DNA from: Dicyema japonicum
Taxonomy: Eukaryota; Animalia; Dicyemida
DNA: 33,000 bases
Assembly: GCA_011109175.1 (NCBI GenBank)
Contig: RDEW01000011.1
Coordinates: 103,036 to 136,035, forward strand
Direction: 5' to 3'
Both the position numbers and the translations under genes were made by a program. Below, piece by piece: positions 1 through 10,456 of this stretch. How positions within the stretch are numbered: position 1 is the first letter of the stretch; each line of letters opens with the position of its first letter. The notes beneath the pieces were generated by a model. That model did no database searches. It was not told the DNA's origin and worked only from the letters and a program-made list of their open reading frames with translations.

Positions 1-87
1 AATTTGTCTTATCAACGCGGACGCTATGACATACGACAATAAATAAATTTTTTTTACATGTTAATTTTTTTAACAATTAAACAAATG

Positions 88-600
88 TCAGTTGAATAAG
101 CCTGCTGCGTGGATTGCGAACGAGTTCCCTCGGAGTATGGCCATTCCAATCTTTTGTCTTAGCCATAACCCTTCTCGTTGATTCCTTTTCTTTCTGGCAA
201 GCAATCCTCCGAGTTCTCGCAAGAACTTAGCCGTAATTGGACCAACGTCTCTCGATGATTCGGTCGCAACAGGAGTAAATCGGTAGCGATCCCCGAGGCA
301 AGAATATTTCTTGATTTTTAGGTTCTCCGCAGTCGAAGCAGCTGCTCCTTGAGAGAGACGATAGATATGCCGGGTGCGCAACCTCCAGCGCCGATCTTAG
401 ACCGACACTCCCAAATCCAGAGAGAAGCTTACATTGCTTCCAACCAAATTCTTCAAAGCGGACGTTAATTAGTGACTCAACAGTTTGCTTGAGAGATTTG
501 TCTATCGAAAGTAGAGTGTCGTATTGTTCGTAGCAGGGTGAACATCGGAGTAGATATAAAAGCTTGGGTTAAAAGACTCCTTGATAGAGAAGAAGTAGGT
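88..600 (-). mobile_element. CRE-clade non-LTR retrotransposon remnant (RT-thumb region joined to C-terminal RLE end, internally deleted)
   Basis: Minus-strand translation PKLLYLLRCSPC...GWKQCKLLSGFGSVGLRSALEVA (about 380-575) jumps to KIKKY...FTPVATES...QKIGMAILRGNS (ORF 88-381). Both segments are typical of CRE ORFs. Confidence 0.8.
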
Positions 601-619
601 GTATGGATATGAGACATTT

Positions 620-1840
620 TATAAATAAATTATTTGTAAACTTGAGTATTGATTGATTTTTAATAAAAATGACAACTTTTGACAGCTGTCAAATCTCGTC
701 TGTGGTTCAATCTTGTTTATGGCCCGCGATATATCTACTATCTGGATGTGTCCAAAACTCGGTTCCTTCACTCATATAACACTTTTTTCTCCAGAAAATT
801 GACTTTTGATGTCTCCTGACTCCAGCAACTCAGCTACGAGATGAAAGCGTTTTTATTCCTCATGAGAAAAACATTTAGTGCAATATTGGTACGTCACCTC
901 CCAACCAAATAACAATTTGCTGTCTGATCTCCCTGTAATAAATATACCTAGAACACTAGTAGTTGAAGTTGGGATAACAAATTACTAGAAACTTTAACTA
1001 TAATGCTCGAGCTATAGTCATGCACCACATAAACGTCATGATTATCTTGACACTTCTCACCTTTTTTTTAATAAGAAGAATATCAAAAATGTAAGTTAAT
1101 TTCTGTTAAAATATATATGAGCATAATTACGGAAACAAATTAATTGGAAATAATGCTCCAGTTGCTAAAGGACAATGGGCATTGCCACGGACGATGGTCA
1201 GTCCCAGGTGCTGCAAAATTTATCTCCCTTTTGAATCCCACCGCTATCGCATTTCTGATTTCGTTGATGACTCTTACGAATTCTTCCAACCGGAAAAAAC
1301 GGAAATGATATTTAAGGGTCGCAATAATTCAATATTTGAGCATAACAAATTCTCTATGCATCGTATTTATTTGTGGTTATAATAATCGATATTCTGTGGA
1401 ATTTAATAGTTTAAATTTTCTTAACTTATGATTGCAATTATCCGCGCGGTTCCATAAGGCTACTTGATTGAAGATTTCTCTTTTTTCCCTCTGATGGAGC
1501 CATTGAAACCACTTTACTCAGGAGATACCCGGCATTCAAAAGGATCCATCTATTCATTCCACCGGGAGATAATTTCGCTCCCGCGATAAGTTCTGGAATC
1601 AACCTCAGCTTCGCGCCCAACGTCGTATAGATCACTGTGTTGGGTGAGGGTTTGCTGGAACGCGTCAGGATCAAGGAATTAGTTTGCTTTATCCTTAGTC
1701 TCCAGAATAATTTAATTAAAATGATATATTCGTTGAGTTTTAGTGTTGACCTTGAATGACCTAATAATGCTTCCGGGATTAGTCGAACGTAGAAAAAAAG
1801 CATTAAAGTACCATTCTGGTGTGGCCACAAGGCAGACAAG
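620..1840 (-). mobile_element. Highly decayed APE-type LINE remnant (endonuclease end plus RT start)
   Basis: Degenerate motifs on the minus strand: an SDH-like 'HSDL' near 1630, 'APGTD' near 1205 and 'LIKKG' near 1065. Many stops and frameshifts. Confidence 0.35.
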
Positions 1841-1863
1841 GAAATCTTTACTTAAACAGAATG

Positions 1864-2171
1864 TGCAGTCATGAGGAAATCTTTACGTAAGCAAATTGTG
1901 TAACTATTGTCCCTGAAAATGATGCGACCTACACATGTCAGAGGTTAACTCTATAATATAAAGATTTCCCTATCGGAAACTTTAGCGGCATTGACTTAAC
2001 TCGAAGACCACAAATTCTGCAGTCATGAGGAAATCTTTACGTAAGCAAATTGTGTAATTATTGTCCCTGAAAATGATGCGACCTACACATGTCAGAGGTT
2101 AACTTTATAATATAAAGATTTCTCTATCGGAAACTTTAGCGGCATTGACTTAACTCGAAGACCACAAATTC
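1864..2171. repeat. Tandem duplication, 2 x 154 bp
   Basis: Units 1864-2017 and 2018-2171 (TGCAGTCATGAGGAAATCTTTACG...GAAGACCACAAATTC) differ by about 3 substitutions. A partial motif AGGAAATCTTTAC also occurs at about 1839. Confidence 0.95.
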
Positions 2172-2257
2172 TAACAGTCACGTAGGCTTTAAAACAGTCA
2201 ATGACTCACGTGAAGCGGGAAGAGTTTAGAGAAGTAAATATATCTAATAGAAAAAAA

Positions 2258-2657
2258 TTATAAAGTAAAATTTGACATATTTTGAGTCAAGTCCCCCAGG
2301 GGATCAGTGAGAAACTGAATACACGCTCTCTCCAAAATTATCAAGTTTTCCTTGTACATCTGAGATTCCTCAAACGCGTATTCATACCGCCAGCCAACCT
2401 TGGTATCACAACCGAAACAGAAAGCCTCCTGAATAAGATGAGGACCAGTCATCATCACTGAATGTATAATCTAAGATGAGATTCGTGCTTACATCTCCAA
2501 ATCGAAGATTAACCGCTCTCTTGAACAAATATGCAGGTCCTGTCGATCCATTAAATCTGTCTGACTGCATGTCTTCCCTGTTTGCAAATGGGACTTGGCA
2601 CTTACTGCATTGATAGTAGGCAGATCCGTTGGGATGAAGAAAATATTTAACACCCAT
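2258..2657 (-). CDS. YPEL5: Yippee-like protein (YPEL5 type), 2 exons
   Basis: MGVKYFLHP...CSKC...FNGSTGPAYLF...FGD | 22-nt GT-AG intron at 2471-2492 | IIHSVMMTGPHLIQEAFCFGCDTKVGWRYEYAFEESQMYKENLIILER. Two CxxC pairs and Yippee motifs. Confidence 0.93.
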
Positions 2658-2853
2658 CAAGAAACAACAAAAAATAACGAAAATTCTTTTAAAAATTACT
2701 AAATGATTCAAATTTATTTAAATGGGACTTGGCACTTACTGCATTGATAGTAGGCAGATCCGTTGGGATGAAGAAAATATTTAACACCCATCAAGAAACA
2801 ACAAAAAATAACGAAAATTCTTTTAAAAATTACTAAATGATTCAAATTTATTT
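2586..2853. repeat. Tandem duplication, 2 x 134 bp, covering the YPEL5 5' flank and first 24 codons
   Basis: 2586-2719 and 2720-2853 appear identical. Confidence 0.95.
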
Positions 2854-3079
2854 TGATTGAAAATTAATATATTTTTAAATAAAAAATTATAATTTAACTC
2901 AAATTTAAATGATTAAATTCAGCTTATAATTAAATCAGCTGGTGGAACGTTTAAGGAGAGTTCAGGAGATATTGGAGGGTGGGATCACCTAATTAGTGGG
3001 TCTAACCTTTCTTTCTTGTTGGCTTTGGGGTTTCCACGAATCCTAAAAGCCTTGCCGCTATGTAGGACACGCTGATGAC

Positions 3080-3340
3080 TTCAAGGCACGCCGTCCGAAT
3101 CCCAACGAAATCACTTCAGAAGTTAAATGTCCCCCAAAGCAACTGCTAGGAAAACTCCATATCTACTAGAAGACTTTATATACAAAATATAGCGACAACC
3201 CATCGTTCGACAAACCAAAAATGTCCTCAATATCAGACTATAGAAAGAATTCATTTATATTTAAGTGTCCTCTTTCCGCTTAATATTACACTGGGAGAAG
3301 TTTCATTAAAAAAGAAAATAATAAAATTTCTTCAACCAGC
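3080..3340 (+). mobile_element. Possible Penelope-like element remnant (linker and GIY-YIG start)
   Basis: Frameshifted 'PPKQLL..(K)LPY' followed by 'FIFKCPLSA*YYTG', resembling the PLE motif YxFxCxCxxxYIG. Confidence 0.4.
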
Positions 3341-3379
3341 GAATAACAAGAAGAATGTTATGGTATATACCCCATCGCA

Positions 3380-3530
3380 GTTCATCGAGTAATCCATGCA
3401 TAAGGTCTCCTGTTTAGTGTTCGAAGCGAGTCCTCACGTTGAGAGATGCAATTATAAACTGAGTAGAATAGACAGACTGGGAGTACGATAAAGACATAGA
3501 CATTATTAGACATCCACCACTCTAATATAT
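3380..3530 (-). mobile_element. 5' end of an APE-type (probably RTE-like) LINE ORF
   Basis: MSLSYSQSVYSTQFIIASLNVR. The nucleotide sequence matches 9958-10035 (TTATCGTACTCCCAGTCT...ATTGCA...CAACGT). Confidence 0.7.
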
Positions 3531-4127
3531 GAGATGACAAACTAAGCTTATTATAAAGGAAGAAATTCAACAGGCACAGTTTAGTACGGAAGAAATTGAA
3601 GTCAGCAGTGATACCATACTTGGAACCAGATTGTACATAGACTCACAAGAAACCAAAAAAATTAAGAACATACCTTCCAATACCCCACTTTCAACGACTG
3701 GTTAGCATAACCATTCTTTACTGTGTCCTGAACGTGTGGGGTCAAGATCCAAATATCCCTAACCCTTTCATTTAGTTATTGGCAATTTTATTTCCTAAAA
3801 AAATTAGATACTTCCTTTCCTGTTTTAGACTTTAAGCTTACAAAAATAATGTTCCTTCCATTGAGCCTGTACACGACAGAGTTTTGAGCTTGTACGTTCC
3901 AAAACAGGACCTAATGATTGAGATGGTCAATAATTGAAAATTGCAAATGTGATTGGTGTATCCTCTGATAATCAGATGATTCTGGACTTGCATCATATAA
4001 CTGAGTTTGTTTTAGTGTTAGCATTGAAGTTCACTGACTAAGTTTATTGTCTTTAGTTTAATTTTGAAAAAAATTCACAGGAAATCAAAAATTGAACAAA
4101 AAATTTTATTTGGAAAAAATGTTAAAA

Positions 4128-4394
4128 TTAATTAATATACTTGTTATAAAAATCCTTAGCTTCATCTTCGGTCATTCCAAGTCGTTTAAGTTGGTAGACA
4201 ACAGGGTCTCGAGATTTTTCAGTTTTCTTTTTGGGGATGCTCTCAGATTCTTCGCGATTCTCTAAAAACTCTTTTTCGATGAATTCTTCGTTAGATTCGA
4301 TATTCTGAATCTCACTTTTATCTACAGCCGAGAAGATTAGATATTTCATTAAAGCGTCGAATAATCCTAAAGCAAAGTTAATAATATTTCCCAT
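4128..4394 (-). CDS. Hypothetical small protein (88 aa)
   Basis: Clean ORF with a hydrophobic N-terminus and Glu/Lys-rich body, followed by an AT-rich 3' region with AATAAA. A TTTTAG acceptor-like site lies just before the ATG. No recognised family. Confidence 0.5.
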   Translation of the reverse strand: MGNIINFALGLFDALMKYLIFSAVDKSEIQNIESNEEFIEKEFLENREESESIPKKKTEKSRDPVVYQLKRLGMTEDEAKDFYNKYIN

Positions 4395-4499
4395 CCTAAA
4401 ATTAAGTAATTCCGCGGAAAACTGTATTTTATATTATATTTTTGCGTACAAATGCTTCCTCGTTTCCTTCCTATATTTTGTCCACAAAATGGAACAAAC

Positions 4500-4700
4500 C
4501 CAAAGTCCCATTTGGCTGTTGAGACGTCAGGAATTCTTGGTCCACAAGCTGTCGATCTATTCCGTCGGATCGGCTCAGTGATTCAAAGAGTCACCAAGGA
4601 TCCAAGTGGGATTGAATGCCTTCAAGAGCGTGTCTCGATAGCTATCGTCAGAAGAAACAACATGACCATTCATCCCCTAACTTTTAATTTATAATTTTTA
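4500..4700 (+). mobile_element. CRE-clade element 3' end (RLE tail)
   Basis: AVETSGILGPQAVDLFRRIG...LQERVSIAIVRRN followed by an A/T-rich tail. Confidence 0.8.
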
Positions 4701-5019
4701 GTAAATAAAAAAATCCAAAATCTATCTCAGAAAGACCTCGTAAATATATTCTTTTTAAAGGCTAAACATCATTCCCTCAGATTTGAATTTAGATGCAGAC
4801 TAGAAGAAAACTATGTTAAGATCCTTGGGGGATCTATTTATCCTTATTTCTGTCACTAACTTTTGATTCTTATCCACAGACGAGAGGCAAACGGAGAGTC
4901 AACTTGGTCACACTGTAAAACCTTTAGTTTTCATGAGATAAAGAGATTACCATGTTTATGAAACCGAATAATCATATTTGAATCTTGTTTAATTTAAAAA
5001 AAAGTTAGTTTTATTCTGT

Positions 5020-5145
5020 AAATAATAAAAAATCCTCACTCTGCTTACAAGACCATATAAACTGAAAGAAAATCTTGAGACCTAAGAAAAGGGGAAGGAA
5101 GGAACGGGTTTTGCTCACCATTTCCAATGTAATTCTATCCTGAAG
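5020..5145 (-). mobile_element. 3' terminus of an I/Jockey-group LINE
   Basis: 'W*AKPVPSFPFLGL' matches the LWxxPxxxxxFLxL C-terminus. It is followed by TTATATGGTCTTGTAAGCAGAGTG and a T/A tail. Confidence 0.45.
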
Positions 5146-5544
5146 GTGTAATTAATTTATTTTAAGTAGAACGAAATGATTGACAGAGATTATTTGTTAA
5201 ATCTATGAATTTTTATTTCTTAAATCCAACTGATAGCAAAAAGCACTAGTGAATCCACAACTGTAAGGAATGGACGTCTTTTACCTTTAATGCTGATTCC
5301 GGATGGACTTGGTACGTTGAAGGACTCTGATTCTGTAACAGTGGAAATTGGATAAACTTAATTAGTTGTCAACTGTTAACTTCTTTCTCGATGTATCCGG
5401 GGTTAATATAGTAAAACCCCAGGTCACAGTGGTAATTTTAATTTAAAAATCAAAAAGTGGGGGAGAAAGGCAAAAAATATGATTAAGAATAGGCACCACA
5501 AAATTGATGATTTACTTGAAGTTTACTGTGACGATAAGTCATAA

Positions 5545-6000
5545 GTCTCACGTGGATCCTTGGTGACCTTTTTGATATTTGAGCCGATCCGACGGACTAG
5601 ATCGTCAGCCTTGTTCCTGACGTATCAACAGCAAATGGGACAAACAAGTGATCCTTCGTAATTTCCTTCTCTTCTAATCCTAGTCTTGTTTAAAAGCATA
5701 ACCTGGGTCTAAGACTGAAGCAGCCTAACTTTTTGGAGAGTACGTATCAACACACGTAGCATCATAAACAAGGTTCCTACCATTAGCAAAAGGGAATGTT
5801 GTCATCACTCCGGGTGAGACCAGTCGGCTCCAAAATGCAGTTGAGCCATCAAAGGAAAGTGCGTTTTTCAACGTCACGTTAAGACAGACATTCTTTGGAG
5901 ACGACCCGCGCTCACCTGCACGACAGTGGATGGTAGTCAAATGGATCGATCAAACGTCTACAACGAAATTTTCGCCCAGCTCACCACATAGCGCCATGCG
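5545..6000 (-). mobile_element. CRE-clade element remnant (zinc-knuckle/RLE region)
   Basis: CILEPTGLTRSD / FPFANGRNLVYDATCVDT / LFVPFAVDTSG, with frameshifts. Confidence 0.8.
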
Positions 6001-6098
6001 GTGAATTAACTTTAATCTCGATATCTCTCAAATTTATTTAAAAATTTTATAAAAATGTTATAGAATTAGTGACAAAATAAAAAATTTAAATATTCAAC

Positions 6099-7079
6099 AT
6101 GTTTCTAGTGGGGTTATCTAACTCTGCAAAAAATATAAAATTTATCTGTTATTCACCAGCAACTAATAATTTCAAAGGTACAGACGAATATTTAAATTCA
6201 GATTTTTTTAATTTCATGCAGATAAAACACTATAGTAAGAAATCCACTCGCTTCAGAGTAAAACCTCCTCCCAAAAAGTACCCCAACTATGACCATTCAG
6301 GCAGAATTCAATTAAATAAATCTAGGGGACACAAAACCGATTGAAACTGTCGACATGTCTTCAAATCTGCCGATCTTTGAAGATTTTGAATTCTTCAAAC
6401 GGTTTAAGGATTCTGAGAAACAACTCCTTAAGGCTGAGTTCCTCGACTCTGTAAGAACCCGATTTAATTTCAGAGACAAATTCAGTCTCAGATTCTGTAC
6501 TCTACGTTGAAGGAATTTGAGGACAACCCAGGAGTCTTCAATCTTCACCTGAAAAGTAATGGAATCTGTCAATTTCAGTTGCCAGAGCAACCCACCACAT
6601 CCGACTGATGGTACCCCACATTAAGGATCACTACAAAGTTGGGTTTACTGATTAAACAGGACTGGCGGGCCCGTGTCAACGTTTTTCAGGCAATTCAGAA
6701 GAGAAAAAGATTTACTGGCTTTACAGAAACTCGATGCCGAAGGAGTGACCCACGTGTGTGAAAAATTGGGAATAAAGTTTGATCCTCCACCAATTTTGAT
6801 GTCCCACCCTTGAAGATGTTACCAGCGAGGATGCAGATTGCCGAGGCTGAGCGAGAAGCACGGAGAATAGAGGAGACAAACTGGTCTAAGTTCAAGGAAA
6901 AGCATGATTTGGACAAAAAACTGTATTTTGAACAGAAGTCGGTCCTTCTGAAAGAATTGGAGAAGAAAATGACTTTGTTAAGGGAAGAGGGTTGTCCCAT
7001 TGTAGATGAGATTGACAAAAAGTTTGTTTTACTTAGAAAATCCGGTTTCGGCCCAACTGTTTTCCTGAGGAAGCTTTGA
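6099..7079 (+). CDS. MRPS15: Mitochondrial ribosomal protein S15 (multi-exon, apparent frameshift errors in the 3' part)
   Basis: Spliced product ...DHSGDTKP...IARATHHIRLMVPHIKDHYK|DWRARVNVFQAIQKRKR...LQKLDAEGVTHVCEKLGIKFDPP matches the uS15m core. Basic N-terminus. Tiny introns at 6178-6201, 6301-6325 (GC-AG) and 6451-6473, plus two more. Confidence 0.8.
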
Positions 7080-7724
7080 TTGAGTGATATATTATTTTAA
7101 ATTTGATTGCTAATGTTACTCTGTGCTTTCAAGTTATTAAATTGATAGAAAGTGACGTTTTTATTGATTCAGGGTCATTCTCCCTGTGGCCTCAACAAGG
7201 ATCTAAAGACGATTGGAAAGAAGCTCGATTATACAGGCGATCTAGAAACTTAAGGTCATGTGCAGTGGACATAGCCCACTGGAGACTTTTGGTTAAGATC
7301 TTAAATCGTGTGTCACAAAAGGTCTATCTTGCGTTCTTTGGTTCTGTGAACGTGAATGATCATACGATTCTCAATTCTGCTGCAGTGCCATCAATGTCTG
7401 ACAAAACGCAGATTGTTCCGAGTTCGATTCTCGCAGCTGTCCACACGTCAACAATTGTTCTTAGTTAGACGAGTGCCTCCGTCATTGGTGAATTCGTTTT
7501 GTATTTTTAGTAAAATAATAGACACAAGGATCCAGTTTTTGAAATTTTGCGAGCTTTTTTCACATGGCTTCTGGTGCTTCTTTTTGGGGATTCGAGTACC
7601 TTTTCGAAAAATTTTTTCTTGCATGCTCCTAGATACGTTCATTAATATTTTCTTAATGAATTTTATACAGACACTAAAATCAGAAGTCATCATTCAAGAT
7701 TTTGTTATGTCCGAGGGATTTCAT

Positions 7725-7970
7725 GGCACGAAGTCATGCTCTTGGACATATATTGAAATTGGATACCCCAGCTAATATAGCGATGATGGAATACTTCGTT
7801 GAGGCTGGATCACACTTTTGTGGACGCCCACGAGTCACAATTTTTGAGATACTTGATGCTGATCAAAAGTACGTCAAAATATAAATGAAATGTGGAGAAC
7901 ATATGGACGACTCGAGAGAGGTTACCCACGACCACGGGAGATGGAACTCTTAGCTAGTTCAAGTTTCTAA
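7725..7970 (+). mobile_element. RTE-like LINE 3' remnant
   Basis: LGHILKLDTPANIAMMEYF...FCGRPRVTI. Same family as 14550-14875. Confidence 0.7.
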
Positions 7971-8999
7971 CTGAAAGGTAAAATTAGGGTGAATTTTAAT
8001 CATTATTGATTTTAATCTTAATTTAATCAATTTTAACTAACAGTTAACCTTTCCCTGACAAATTCTCTTATGAAGATTAAATTATGAAAAAACTATTCCA
8101 CTGAAGAATGAAATGATGTCGCGACGGTAGGACGTGGAAAAAAAATGGAAAGGAGGGTGGACCTACTTTCCCACCTCTCTTTGGAAGCGGAAAGCCTGTA
8201 ATGAAGTATTGGAAGATGGATTTGGTCGGCACAAGCAGATGTTCTCCCTTTGGTTCCTTCCTTGTATTAGTTAGTTATGACTGTGCTGGGCTTACAATGG
8301 TAAGCCTGGGGTTAATAATAATGGTTGGAGACAACTTGAGCCTTCCTTCTATGTGCATGAACTAAATAACTGATTCAGAAGACATTGAATATGGGAGGTT
8401 TCTTAACTACAAAAATGTTCTTGGCTCACCCAAACATTATTTACAAAACTCGTATGTCAGACAAGCATTTTAAGCTTTATCATGGATTATCTCTGATACT
8501 CGCGATCAAATGAGTCAGGTTTTTTTTCGCATCAATCGACATAGACTTTAACTCATTGTCATGTTATTAAGTGCTCTGATCATTTTTACGAATCAGGTAC
8601 GTGATCCCAGTGTATAATCATTCAGGAAAATACTTGGATTAGCGACAAGATCCTTCAAAATATACTCAAAAAATGATAAAAGACATGACACTTTTTGATA
8701 AAGAAACCCCCCGGGGTTTTCAGGTGATGGTCCCTGTCATACACTGTGCCACATGACTCAGTCATTGCTGGTTACCTCTATTCCATACACTATCGAAATA
8801 TCTACAATCATACAGAATTTTTGAGCCGATGCCATGTCCAATGAGAAGAGCTGTTCAGGATTCTCGACCCTGCCGGACTCATCCTCTCCCTTGTCGGTCT
8901 GGGATCACTTAGTTAGTTGAGAACTTTTATTTCTTTCTCTTTGACCCAGTGATCCTGGGGGAATATCCAGCCCGATTGTTGTCCACTGCTGCATAACTG

Positions 9000-9650
9000 T
9001 GTCAAGTTTCGACTATCCTCGCACCAAGGAAGGACTCTGTCGGTTTTAGACAATGGAAAACTCGTCAGGCGGAAAGTTAGCAGTCTTCCTCATATTTACT
9101 TGCAGGACGAGTTCTAACAAAGCAGGAATAGATTGTTCCATAACGTCGTTAATCAAGGAGTCTCCCCAATCGTTCATCAGGGTACCATATATTTAGTGGG
9201 TGTGAAATGGTTCGCATAAGTAGAAGAGTCAACAATGTGATCACGAAGACAAGCGAACTTTTCAATCTGTAGGAAAGATTGAAAAATTTGGAAATTTCAG
9301 GTTTTTTTTCTTCGTGATGGTGTTTAATGTTGAAGCTGAATAGGAGGCAATAGTTTGATTCAACCTCCCTGAAGGCGACACGGATATCACCTTAGATTAT
9401 TTTTCGCTCTATTCTTCTCTAGAGATTGGTGTTTCTGGAGGATTCCAAACTATTCTCTCGGCCTCGTAAGGGAATACTGCGATCTGCAGGGAAGGTGTCC
9501 TGCTCGGAATTCATAACGAATTTGGCTTTACTCATGATCTTGGAACTAACGGAGGAAGGATTAACGTCGATAAAAGAAGGAACGAAAAGGAAGAGTCTAA
9601 TCCAGTCTTCAGGATGGCCAGAAGAAAGTACTGAATCGATAAGGGACGAA
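9000..9650 (-). mobile_element. CRE-clade element remnant (pre-RT region)
   Basis: EDWIRLFLF...RRIERK..GDIRVAFR..TIASYSASTLNTI resembles the CRE segment KxxEGDIxxAxR...LxxKHP. Confidence 0.55.
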
Positions 9651-9782
9651 AATGACGGTGTCACTCGTCAATCCCAGAAGCATTGTAGATTCGTGTAACC
9701 TTTGACTGAAACGGACAGCTGGGAGATTCGAACGCGGAATCACCTGGATTTGGTCTGGCACTTATTACACTGTGCGACTACT
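9650..9782 (-). mobile_element. tRNA-derived SINE, head only
   Basis: Minus strand AGTCGCACAGTG...GTTCGAATCTC...TTGACGAGTGACACCGTCAT matches the other SINE copies. Confidence 0.75.
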
Positions 9783-9919
9783 AAAGCATAACACTATCTC
9801 AAATATCTTGGAACAATTAGGGGGAGGGGATCATTTCACTTACGATTAACCTAAAAAAATAATTAGAAGGCATAAAAAAACCTTTTAATTATCTAACGAA
9901 GAGATAAAGTAGGAATTAG

Positions 9920-10395
9920 TGTATGTCCACGACAGATACCCTGATGGTTGTTACCTATCTAATAATGTTTTTATCGTACTCCCAGTCTATATATTATACC
10001 CCGTTTACAATTGCAACTTTCAACGTCAGAGGACTTTGTGGAGACGTGGGAGGCGGAAAGTTACATGATAAAACTGGTAGAACGGATAGTGAAGAGCACG
10101 ACACAAGCGTAACCCTATGTATTCATATGCTTATGGGTAACACGGGAGTGCATTTATTTAGAACCCCGGAATCACCGAGAAAGAAAGACAGAAAAAACGT
10201 CAGACAGTTAGGTAAACCCAGTTTCCGAAATCAAACGTATGTGGTCTCCCATTGTTCCCACTACTGTGCGAAAGAGCCTTCTCTCATCCCTGCAGAGGAA
10301 TCCGATTGGGGATGGGAACTTCCTGACCAATCGACCATTTTTTTGCCTTGAAAACCATTTGTGGAGTTTTCTCAACGGGAGTGCATTTAACTAAC
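9920..10395 (+). mobile_element. Chimeric or deleted LINE remnant: APE start joined to an I/Jockey-type C-terminus and 3' tail
   Basis: FTIATFNVRGL (APE motif I), then VSHCSHYC...WELPDQSTIFLP*, then the tail TTTTCTCAACGGGAGTGC. Confidence 0.6.
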
Positions 10396-10456
10396 AATAT
10401 GACAGTAAATTATAAGTTTCAAAAAATAAAATTTCCATTAATTATTTTTAAATTAA

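Noticed and set aside
3660-4050. Possible minus-strand gene with tiny introns
   Set aside because: Splice-like signals exist, but I could not build a consistent frame or recognisable product.
7100-7690. Overlapping ORFs at 7103-7775 as genes, or a Tc1/mariner-like remnant ('ESPKRSTRSH')
   Set aside because: No family could be assigned with confidence, and the similarity is too short.
8095-8140. Minimal hammerhead ribozyme (CTGAAGA..GAAA..palindrome GTCGCGAC)
   Set aside because: Stem II is absent and stems I and III do not register with a cleavage triplet. CTGATGA at 3072 also lacks a stem II.
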